DNA from: Magallana gigas
Lineage: Eukaryota
Length of the DNA stretch: 64,000 nt
Assembly (NCBI RefSeq): GCF_963853765.1
Contig: NC_088860.1
Location: 9,672,001-9,736,000 of the forward strand
Reading direction: 5' to 3'
Shown: positions 51,522 through 62,489 of the stretch, piece by piece
Layout of the letters: every line of letters begins with the position of its first letter
Position numbering within the stretch: position 1 is the first letter of the stretch
The notes under the pieces: model-generated
The model's database searches: none
What the model saw: only the letters and a program-made list of their open reading frames with translations
What the model was told of the DNA's origin: nothing
Translations under genes and position numbers: made by a program

Positions 51522-53070
51522 TAAACAAACAAACTTTATTTTTTCCAGTTTTATTTTTTTTCTGCACAAAATTCTGCAACTTGTGAAAATACAGGTTTTT
51601 TTTTTTGGAGGGGGGGGGGTGCACATTCAGAATAATACATCGGATACATCATGAGATTGTCTTTAAAACTGACAGGAAAGATTATTAAACAGTTAGTTTT
51701 ACACGTGTAGCTTAAATGCTTACTACATTTGTATTAAACGTCAGGTGCCTGCGAGTCCAACATACAGATATTGCATGATTGTATATTTATAAAAATTTCT
51801 AACGCCCCACTTTTATTTGTTTATTATTTTGCAAAATTTAACATGGTTTTTAAGTCGTTGCCACTATTAACTGCTGTTTATAATGCTCCACTGTTAATGT
51901 CCAAAAAATTGTTATTTGGTAAACAATTACTCGAACATGACAAATTTTGTGAAATAGCGCAGAGTGCGTGTTCGTTTAGTTTCTCGGATGAGTTTTTCAA
52001 AACGAACTCGATTTAATCGATTCCCTGCCCTTTACTGCTTATAAAAAACATAAAACCAATTGGGTAGATTTCGGCGCATGTCTTCCCAGGAATACCTTCA
52101 ATATCAGTTGGCGTGGTCCAAGCACAGTGCGGTTTAAGATATGTTTGTTTCCTATTACAAGTTTTCTTTCTTTTTTGTTTTGTTTACTTTTAACCTTTCA
52201 AAATGATGTTTTAAACAATAAAACAGCTATTCTAAATTCATAATATTCATTGCAGATCTCTAGATTTTTTAACAAACACCACAAAATCATTCTAAGGCTT
52301 GACCGGAAATCCGATGCAACCGGAAGTGTTGAAGACCTACGATGAAGGCCAAAACGTCATGTAATGACACGTCAATATGACCGCTACGTTAGGGTAATCC
52401 ACCTTTATGATAAACACCACACAGTAATTGCAAACTGCACGGCACATTTTATAACACATCAATGGCTTTATATGGATGGGATGAGATAAATTCAAGATTA
52501 AGACAGTTCCTCAGCATTCGAATTTCGCAGAACTAGCCCCGTAAACAAATTGCTTTACATGTACCTTCCATGAAGGTTTTTTTTATTCAATTGTGGGATC
52601 TCTATGAGATGCTGTTAATAGTGCAAATGGGGGAACGCACGAGGTATTAATGTGGTGATTTTTATTTTGTCGGGTTCCAGCTGTATCTTCTTGATTTTTT
52701 CATGAAGCCCTTAAGTAAATTTTGAATGAGTTTTTTATTGGTTCATGTAAAATTAATGGTTTTGGATATACATATTTCTTTTCTTTTGAACATAATCTTT
52801 GTAGGTTTTAAGTCCGTGGCAGCATTCCTAATGGTGTACTAGTATTCGTAAAGAGCTTCTATTTAATTCTGATTAATTATTTGGAATGAATAGATATATA
52901 TGCATTTAATGCATTTACTCTGATAAAAGCTTTCTTGGTTACATAGATTAAGAGAAAATGGCTCAGGGGTGAATTTTTTTTCTTATTCTATACTTGCTAT
53001 AATATAAAGTAAGTAAACATTCATTACAGTTAAACCTGACAAACGTTAGAATAATCGATCATGGTTAAAT

Positions 53071-53085
53071 AGAGAGAGAGAGAGA

Positions 53086-53125
<40 letters not shown>

Positions 53126-53136
53126 GAGAGACAGAG
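53071..53136. repeat. (GA)n / GACAGA microsatellite
   Basis: Directly visible. Confidence 0.95.
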
Positions 53137-53622
53137 ATTCACGTATTCATAGAGAAATAAATTAAATCAGATGCCAAACACTAATCCCAAATCCCTGATA
53201 CCGATTATAACGACCGACGCAGACATACTCATGTAACTTGGGATTTTCTAAGACATTTGGTTGGGTTTTTTTAGATGCATTGTCTGATTTTTTTTTAACA
53301 TTTGAAACCCAGAAATTATGGCTTCATAGGTGGCCTAAAGATACAAGAAAATAAATAAAGTAAAGAAGAGAGCATGCGCAAAGTCTGAGGCGTTTGACAC
53401 AATAATCCACTGCTTTTGTAAAAGTCTGCTTCCATTCAAAATAACATGACAAAAGAGAAAAAAATAACTATTAACTACGGAAGCGCATTATCGCCATATT
53501 GTACATTTTTCCCTTCTTTCATCCGGGGTTTCCAAATTGATATTATTGCATTTATGACCTTACTTCTCTAGATTTGCCTCCTTCGAAATCCTAGTGAGGT
53601 CCAGAGGGCGATGCCCCCTGTA

Positions 53623-54463
53623 TGGCACGTCAAATTCACCAAAAATGAGTTAAACATAGTTTCACTGTCGATAAGCAGGGTTCATCGGTTATAAACTGCA
53701 GTTTAGGGACATAAAACTATAGTTTAAGATCGCGTTTATCTATATTTCATATCTGCAAACCATAGTTAATACGATCATTTATGTTTCAGGGGTGTAAACT
53801 ATATTCATCCCTAAAAACAACCATTTGCAATCACAAAATTTAGTTTATCTGATAAACATAATTTACAACCATTAAATATGATTGACAGATGAAAACTATT
53901 ATAATAAAGAATCGTAAACTATTGTTTATAGTTCGTAAACTATTGTGAACAGTTAACTATATGGCTCGTAAACTAAAGTTATCAGGCGATAAACCTTGTT
54001 TATCATCTGTGAAACTATAGTTAACCCCGTTCATCTACTTAGTAGGTTTCAAATCTGTAAACCATAGTTAACGCCATTCTCTTTATTTCAGAAGTTTACA
54101 CTTTAATTAACACTAAAAACAGCATTTGCGATTGCAAAACATAGTTTATCTGATATATAGAAATAGTTTCATGATTGTGAAAATATCATTAACAATTGCA
54201 ATTCTTAATTATATTTAACTAATGTAAATTATAGTTTAAAGATGTGAATCTATATTTATGAGCAAAATATATTGTTAACGTTTATTTAAAGACAGAAAAA
54301 CTTAGATTAGCACTCCTAAACTATAGTTTACAACCGTTAAATGTGGTTTTACAGATGACAACTAAAGTTAACGATTATTTAACTGTAGTTTAGGATTCGT
54401 AAAGTATATAGTCAACAGGTTTATTAACTGTGAAACTATGTTAGCTGTGAATTTGGCGTGACA
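53623..54463. mobile_element. ~840-bp TA-flanked non-autonomous element with internal AAACTATAGTTT palindromes
   Basis: TA|TGGCACGTCAAATTCAC ... GTGAATTTGGCGTGACA|TA (15/17 match); many AAACTATAGTTT-like motifs inside. Confidence 0.7.
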
Positions 54464-54817
54464 TATAAACCCTGGAAGCAATTGGCCTCAGTATATTTTT
54501 TTTGTTCTCGTTACAGTGAAAATCTAAAAATCAACAATTGTGCAATTATTTTGTAAAAAGGTTTTAATATAAAATGTATTTATATAAGGGCATTTGAGTT
54601 AAAGAGTATTTGCTGTGCGAGCGATGAAGATGATTAGATTAATTTATTTCAATAAACTTGTATTTGGTAAGTTATCATAAATATGATTCCAAAAACGAAT
54701 ATTGTATCTTATACACTATTTGTTCATGACTCTCACCTCTGTAGTTTTAGATAAATATGTAGATTCCGATCTGAAAAGATTCGGAAGGGCGACTTAGGTT
54801 CTACATTTCGTTAAAAA

Positions 54818-56267
54818 TGTTAAAAAGTTGCAATTGACGCACTAAATTAACTTCCCTAGTGCTGGGCTGATTGATCTCATTTTTGCACTAATTATGTGGA
54901 GTAAATTGTACTATTGAATTCTTCAAATTACTACTGATATATCGTCACTTTAGTTGTTTCATATGCTAACCGACAACGGAAAATGAAGGATTTTAAATAA
55001 TTTCACATGAAGATCGAAAGTCGCCAATTTGATTTGTTATACTTTCATGTTAAATACTGAAATCTGATTGGTTTAGACGCAGTTCATAATCTGTTCTATT
55101 ACCCTCAGCGTTAGCAACGCACTTAGCAACGGGTAACATTATATAAATAGTGCCTGTTTGGGAGGGTAACAGTTGAAATTGACACCCCGAGAAACCATTG
55201 TGACAATGGTTTTCGAGGAGTGTCAATTTCAACTGTTATCCTCCCAAACAGGCACTATTTATTTTATTATACTGAATGTCTTAATTTTTAAGAAAATTTT
55301 ACTGCTTTTATATAGGCATAACGTGAATTCTACAGCGAACCGTACGCGCATACTTTTCGCGCATGTAACAATTTTTAATGTTACCCGTTGCTAAGTGCGT
55401 TGCTAACGCTGAGGGTAATATAGAACGGATTATGAACTGCGTCTTAACCAATCAGATTTCAGTATTTAACATGAAAGTATAACAATACGAATTGTTACAT
55501 GCGCGAAAATCATGCGCGTACGGTTCGCCTTAGAATTCACGTTATTCCTATCTAAAAGCAGTGATGTTTTCTTTAAAATTAAGACATTCAGTATAACAAA
55601 ATAAATAGTGCCTGTTTGGGAGGATAACAGTATATAAATAGTGCCTGTTTGGGAGGGTAACAGTTGAAATTGACACCCCGAGAAAACCATTGTCAACCGA
55701 CGCGAAGCGGAGGTTGACAATGGTTTTCGAGTTATCCTCCCTAACAGGCACTATTTATTTTGTTATACTGAATGTCTTTTTTAAAGTTTTTAAAAAAATT
55801 TTACTGCTTTTATATAGGAATAACGTGAATTCTACAGCGAACCGTATGCGCATAATTTTCGCGCATGTAACATTTTTTAATATTACCCGTTGCCAAGTGC
55901 GTTGCTAACGCTGAGGGTAATAGTAAATATTATTAACTGCGTCTTAACCAATCAGATTTCAGTATTTAACATGAAGGTATAACAATTGTAATTGACACCC
56001 TTCGAAAACCATTGTCAACCTCCGCTTCGCGTCGGTTGAAAATGGTTTTCTCTGGGTGCCAACCCTCCGAAACAGGCACTATTTATATATTGTAAAAAAT
56101 ATGCACTTGTCTACTCAATTTACGAGGCTGCTGTTGATGTTTCAAAGAATATCAGAGGATTTTGGGGATCCAATATTTGTACAGAATGTGTTCAGAAATA
56201 AGAAATCAAAGATCAGTCCGAAACTAGCGCAATTTTTTGGTGCGTAGTAAATTGCAACTTTTTAACA
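54818..56267. mobile_element. TIR element hosting a cluster of rearranged foldback copies (55034-56088)
   Basis: Perfect 18-bp inverted repeat TGTTAAAAAGTTGCAATT (54818-54835) / AATTGCAACTTTTTAACA (56250-56267); three partial copies of one hairpin element inside, in alternating orientation. Confidence 0.7.
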
Positions 56268-56780
56268 CGTACGGAATTCGACTGTAGCCCCAAGGTCGTT
56301 CATAAGAATTTTTTTAGACATGGAGCTACAGACCAGCAGCTAATAAATGTTTTACGAAACTGTTTATGGAGTGTATGAACTGTACATTAGTAGCTCTCTG
56401 GAAAAATATAAGAACAGATCGTACACAGTTTTTTCATATATATTGCCAAAAAAAAAATGCTTAGTTTTTATGATCTCATAACCTATCATTTTAATTGTTA
56501 TACGAAAAAATTCTTAAGATTTTTCATTTCATTACAAATGAGTTCACCTAATCACTTGCCTCCATCAACCTCAAAAAAGTGAAGTTTGTCATAATAAAAT
56601 TCTTGCAAATAACGACTCGAATTTTCTCCAAGTTTACTGACTTTGTTTTGCTTACTAGATGATTAAGAAGATATGGGCCATATCTTATATATAATTCAAC
56701 AAAGTTATTTTCTAGAGGTGTTGAAAATTTGTTATTTCTAGAGCGAAAACGGCGCACACCTGAAATGTCTTGGTAACGAA

Positions 56781-56850
56781 TTTATAAGGACCCGGAAGTA
56801 GTACCGTTGTAAACACACTTGACGTGTGACAGCTATCCAACAGTGCACAG
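56781..56850 (+). promoter_or_regulatory. Candidate promoter / non-coding first exon of the ankyrin-SOCS gene
   Basis: TATA-like TTTATAAG 56781-56788, ETS motif CCGGAAGT 56792-56799, donor CAG|GTAAGT at 56850/56851, acceptor TTTTTTTAGCAG ending 57612; an in-frame TGA in this exon fixes the start at 57628. Confidence 0.55.
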
Positions 56851-57627
56851 GTAAGTTGTGTAGTAATCTAAGTAGAGTCTGTTACGTCAGAAGTGTTTTT
56901 TTTTAAAAGATAAAATACATAGTGTAATACCTTATTCTGATACATACACGTTTTAGCACAGGGACATTTCCACCCAACAGCCCAAGACACGAACATTGAT
57001 ACTGCTAATGTAAACAGCTGGTAAATAATAATACAGTACGTAGGCCTAATGACGTAATTATTTAAAGTACAATTAAATGAAAGTGAATATTTTAATGAAT
57101 GTGAAGAGTGACAGACACATACATGCAGTAGCAAGTTTTCATCCTTTGAGGGGGTACACGTAAGTCAAAATCTTATATACAGAGGCACATCCCCCCTTAT
57201 TTAAACTACTTTTTAAAATACAAAATGGGTAATATATATACAACTCTATTGTCATATGTTTCATTTAGAAGTAAATTCATCCCATTTCTCATTTGTTCAG
57301 ATCTTTGCATGGGATGTTTTAGAGGAAGTGTCTTAATTTTCTTTATACTCATATCTGAATGTTGGGTTCTGTTGAGATTTTTCCATATCAGCCATATAAA
57401 TACTTTAACTTATATGGTTACTACATGTACATGAATAAATCTTGATTTGAATGTTTTTAAAAAGATCAATCAGGTTTTGTTTTGTATATTTTTTAAAATC
57501 AAAATGGAGAAGAGTTGAAACAGAAACATGCATTTATATATATACATGTATAACTTACAGAAAACTGAGAAAAGGGTTATGTATACAAAATTTCGGTCAT
57601 TTTTTTTAGCAGTCGAAAGAAAAAGTG

Positions 57628-58395
57628 ATGGACCTGTTAACCTTGATCAAGAAGAAGTCATCGCCCCTTAAAAAGCTGGAAATTGCCATTGAAGAGAACA
57701 ACATCAAGGAACTCAAAGAAGTGCTAGAAAGTGGTGAGGTGGATCCAAACACCGAAATACAGAAACACGGAGGGAACTGTGCTGTACACATTGCCGCGCA
57801 TAAAGGCTTATTTCTCTGTGTAGAAACTTTGTTGGAGTATGGTGCAGACCCTGACAAAACCAACCATTTCAACCTAACACCCCTTTACATTGCACTCAGG
57901 AGAAACTATGCAAAATGTGTGGAGATTCTTTTACGAGTAAACCGAGTGCTTATGAGTATAGACCCGGTTTGGATGCAGATGGATAATGCTCAGAGAGTAT
58001 GGAATGATGCTAAAGATATCATGATTTGTGTCTTGGTAAAAGCCACACCAAACTTAATGAGATGCAGGAGTAACACAAGGAGTAATTTATTCTTTCTGTG
58101 TAAAAACAAAAGTATGTACGGTAGCCTGCGTGCTATGACAATTGCTGGATATAAATTTAGTGATGAAGAAAAAACCCACTTTATGAAGTCATCTGTTGAA
58201 GGAGACAAGTCTTTTTATGAATGGTTAGACAATTATCAAAAACGGCCTCAACAATTAATGCATTACTGTAGATTAACAATACGCCATAGTTTTTGTGGCA
58301 ATTGTAATGTGTTCTATGGTGTTGAGCAGTTAAAAATCCCTCCCCTTCTTAAGAACTATATTAAAATACAGGATATCAATGAAATTGATGAATGA
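57628..58395 (+). CDS. Ankyrin repeat and SOCS box protein (ASB-like), 255 aa, single coding exon
   Basis: Ankyrin repeats GNCAVHIAAHKG...VETLLEYGADPD and TPLYIALRRNYAKCVEILL; C-terminal SOCS box PQQLMHYCRLTIR...VEQLKIPPLLKNYI. Confidence 0.92.
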   Translation: MDLLTLIKKKSSPLKKLEIAIEENNIKELKEVLESGEVDPNTEIQKHGGNCAVHIAAHKGLFLCVETLLEYGADPDKTNHFNLTPLYIALRRNYAKCVEILLRVNRVLMSIDPVWMQMDNAQRVWNDAKDIMICVLVKATPNLMRCRSNTRSNLFFLCKNKSMYGSLRAMTIAGYKFSDEEKTHFMKSSVEGDKSFYEWLDNYQKRPQQLMHYCRLTIRHSFCGNCNVFYGVEQLKIPPLLKNYIKIQDINEIDE

Positions 58396-58727
58396 ATGAA
58401 AAGCAGGAAAGAGTGTCTGTGAACATCATCAATGTCTTAATTTTATCTTGAAAAATATTGTTACACATTTTTTTCGTACTACAGCTGTATTTCATAAAAT
58501 CATGCATATTAAAATCTGACATATTTTATAAATTGTGTCTTTGTTATTTATTAGTATATGATAATAATAATACATGTACCTGCACATGTATAAAGTTGTA
58601 AAGAAGAGCATATTTAATTGAAAGATTGAAAAAAAAAAAATAAGTTATCTAGGATGTTTGACTTAAATTTATTATTTAAAGTACATGTATTAAAAAAAAA
58701 TAAATTTACAAGTTGAAAAGACTGGAG

Positions 58728-61700
58728 TTACATGGCCGATTTTGTTTCCCATCTCTGTTTATGTTCAAACCTGAAAAAAAGGATGTTGAATTATAATATG
58801 GGGGTATACATAACAAAAAACTATGGTATCTGAAATCAGAAATTTTAAACATTGTCATATGAACTTCACAAAACATTAAAGGATGACTATAGAAACAAAG
58901 CTACAATTGTAGAGATTAATGATTACTAGTATTCTTATATGAACAAATAGAATTTTAAATGTACTTGTATCTCCACTACAAGATGTGGACAAAATATCAA
59001 ACACTACCAATGTATATCAATTCAATTAGACCACAGCTTTGCTAACCAAGTGTTTTCACTCCCCTCCCCATAAACCTTTGGCAGATTTCATTATGAAAAC
59101 TTGGTGATGCGGTGGTGTTATCTAGCGAATAAATAAAGTTGCGCCCCTTGCAACTTCACATTTTAATCCAATGAGCATGTTTTATACACTCTACAGAATA
59201 AATAATTTATAACATGACACATATTGACTGGCGGATATCAGAAAAGAAATTTCGTACAATTGAATACAAATTAAGATATAATCTATAGTATTCTAGAGAA
59301 AGCAATAAATGTTTTATTAAAACTATCGTAATGTTTGTAGAGATCCTGGCAGTAAAATTTCGCTGATGACATGAAAGCATTCATGTCATAAAACCAGGTA
59401 CACATCATCTAAGTGAATATTGTGGGTACATGAAATTTTGAAAAATACACAATTTATTGAACTTCGTAACTACCTAAGCAAACACATGGGAGAGGCACAG
59501 TTATCACTGTGTCGACTTGTTAATAGCACCGAACATTTTACCACTCGTGTTGTTCACACTACAGACTCTACATATTTACAAATCATGTGTTTTAAACGTT
59601 GCAATTGGATCAGCTACTCTGAGCTGCAGACAATCATAAAACAGAGCTTGTCACTGAATTTTTGACTTTTTGTAATGAGATCTGCCAAGGGTTCATGGGG
59701 AGTGGAGTGGACCAAAAATCCTTGGCTGGTGAAGGTGATAAGACCACTGCATGTCAGTACTATACATGTAGTTGACACTTCTTGATGAGACAGTACTGAA
59801 CCCTAGAATGTCATGTAGAGTACAATAATACATGTATTGCTACTAACCCCCAGGCTAACTTCTTTTTCTTCTTTTCTTTACTGGATTCCATTTTCTCCTG
59901 TACATGTGGAAATATGTGCATTATCAGGATAACAGATAAGGACACTGCATATAAATCTGTGGTGTATATAAGTATTCTTAAAATTGTTGAAATTTGAATG
60001 ATTATTTACCTCTGACTGCTCACTGAACTTTTTAGCATCTATAGCATCTGCTATCTTTTTACCAAACTACAACATAAAAGAAAGATTGGTTTTAGGGCTG
60101 ACAAACAAAATTACACGTGACAAATCTAGTAAGAATGGTAACAATTTTGTTCTTGTGAGTATTTCAAACAGCACCACAAACAAACTGCCATATACATGTA
60201 GCAGTTTTTTTAAAAATGCATTGCAATGCATTTTTTTAAATGCATGTACATATACACTGTGAAATAACCCAAATTAGCAAAATAATGGACATCTTCGCTA
60301 GCCAAGGGTGACGATCCACGGTGTTTCTCTATTCACACTACGACTCAATATAATGTGAATAGAGAAACACCGTGGATCATCACCCTTGGCTAGCGAAGAT
60401 GAATAATGGATTATTTGCTGGTTTTTATATTCAAGTTTCATGGTCCAAAATATCAGTAAAATAAACTTAAAATATTTAGTCAATGTTGTACCAGCTGCAT
60501 CATTGACTGAATACATGTAAATAACAATTAATTCAGAATTATTTGTTGCAAGTGTTAATTTTTGCCATAACTTCATTATACTATAATAAGCATTTCAAAA
60601 GATTTTATCATAGTATAGATACCCGTGTCTTGGCAGCAGGATACATACCTCTCTCGTTGACATATAATCACTTAGTTTTTCAGCTCTTTCAAAATCTCCC
60701 TCAGTGATAGATTTATCTATCTTTAGTTCCAGTGAGGTTTTGGGAGCATACTTTCCAGGATCTGTTCCCTTTAAATGATCATTCACATTAAGAAATCCTT
60801 TAATGTTCTTCCATTCATTGTTGTTCTTTGGTTCTTCATCTTTCTCTCTATAAAATTACCAGAAAGGAAACAGTTCAGAACCTTTTGATGCACTGACTTT
60901 TCTTTTGAGGTGACCGAAACCAAATTTTGTTAGGGAATGTTAGTTAAAAATTGCATGTACCTGTATGATACCTTTATGCAAGTACAGTTCATAACACACC
61001 TGTTATTTTCATGATGCTTTCTCTTTCTGGGAGGACAGCTATTATCATTTACAGGGGGTCCAAACTTCACATCATGTTGGCGCAATATGTCTTTGTCCTC
61101 TTCATTGGTTATCTCATCTTGAACTAAATGAATTTATGATACTTTTATTTAGATACAAATATTTAATTAATATTAGTAAATTGATTTATTCAGACAAAAA
61201 CAACAACAACAAAAAAACTGAACCCCAAAAACCTACCTGCAGAAATATTAATTTTAGCATTAAAAAATGTGTTGGTATTTTCTTTAAAATTGTGGGAGAT
61301 GTAAAGAATCATTGTGTCTTATTTAACTGAATATTGCTTCATAGTGAAGTTGTGATAAAGATTGAGTATGATCAAAGACCGATATCAATATATGACATCG
61401 TATATATATATACACCCATTTCTAATCATAACATTGTATGTGTTGCAAATTGAAATAAATCCCAGTTCAAAATTTTCCCAATTTTTTACCTCTTCCTGCA
61501 CCCCTTTATTCTGTTTATTTAACTGCATCAATTTATCAATTGAAAAATTTCACGTTAAAGCACATTTTCAAAACAGTACATGTATATCACACGTAGCTAA
61601 AAGTTTGGTGGTTTTATGGCACATATATCTGTACATGTAATTTATAGTCTGTTCTTAGTTTTTTCTATTGAAAAACATAAAATTTAATCAAATTCATTTA

Positions 61701-62018
61701 TTTTTACATGTACATGCAAACTTAAATATTTGGGACCTTAAAACACATGAAGGCTAACATGAGTTTAATGGTAAAAGATGGTTGATGTCAGTTAAATTAG
61801 CATGTCAGTTGGAGATGTCTGTTTTCCAACATTTATAATATTATCTTACATGAAAATTCCTTTTTTGTTTCTTTATTAAAGTTATTTACTCTTTAACATG
61901 TTTAACACAATATATAATAATTACCTTTTTGCATCAAAGTTTTTTTGAGATGTTTTATTCTTTTCTCTGTTGATCTTCTTGTAACGTCATCTGTCTTTTT
62001 CTCAAGTGCCTTGAATTT
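58728..62018 (-). CDS. FAM204A: FAM204A-like protein, 3' six coding exons (5' end not found)
   Basis: Exons 62018-61925, 61123-61000, 60847-60649, 60066-60010, 59897-59848, 58770-58728; GT-AG with matching phases 1,2,0,0,2. C-terminus LELKIDKSITEGDFERAEKLSDYMSTRE-FGKKIADAI...KKKKKLAWG-FEHKQRWETKSAM* matches the FAM204A C-terminal motif (LE..ID.A...KAE.LS..L.TRE..G.KIA.A...KKKKLAWGFEAK.RWETKS). Confidence 0.88.
60290..60401. mobile_element. Mutator (MULE)-type foldback MITE with 9-bp TSD
   Basis: 48-bp arms (1 mismatch) beginning CATCTTCGCTAGCCAAGGGTG; perfect 9-bp direct repeat AATAATGGA at 60281-60289 and 60402-60410; lies in a FAM204A intron. Confidence 0.88.
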
Positions 62019-62233
62019 CTAAAATATATAACATGTACATGTCTGTCACCTGTTTGTAGCTGACAAACAAAATTGAATACCCAATTATTTTAACATTCAA
62101 TTCTTTATAATTTTCTCTTGGAATGTAAAAAATTAAAACATCCCAAATTCAATGGTTTAAACATTTAAAACAAGCTACTAATGATATCACCAGAGTACAT
62201 ATATACTTCTCTCACATTATGGTCCTCTTATCT

Positions 62234-62372
62234 CGGCGAGATTTGTCTAGCGAAACTGAAAATTTTTTGACTGACGTCTTTTCGTGGACTCGTCAAGACT
62301 GAAAAAATTTTGACTGGCGTATCTTCAGAAGAGACCTCTGTCAAAACTTTTCAGTGTCGACAAATCTCGCTG
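62234..62372. mobile_element. ~140-bp MITE
   Basis: CGGCGAGATTTGTC ... GACAAATCTCGCTG (13/14); internal ACTGAAAA/TTTTCAGT motifs. Confidence 0.65.
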
Positions 62373-62489
62373 AAATTGACTTTATTTTTATTACATTGTT
62401 ACTGACATCAAGTTCATCAGTCTTATAGACATCTTATAGACATCCTAACTAACTGCTTAACATTTGACTCACATATTAAGAGTTATTTA

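Noticed and set aside
52300-52400. Paired CCGGAA(A/G)T ETS-like motifs as a promoter
   Set aside because: No associated exon or gene could be identified.
55050-56247. Cluster of short ORFs on both strands
   Set aside because: They are mirror translations of the palindromic repeat cluster.
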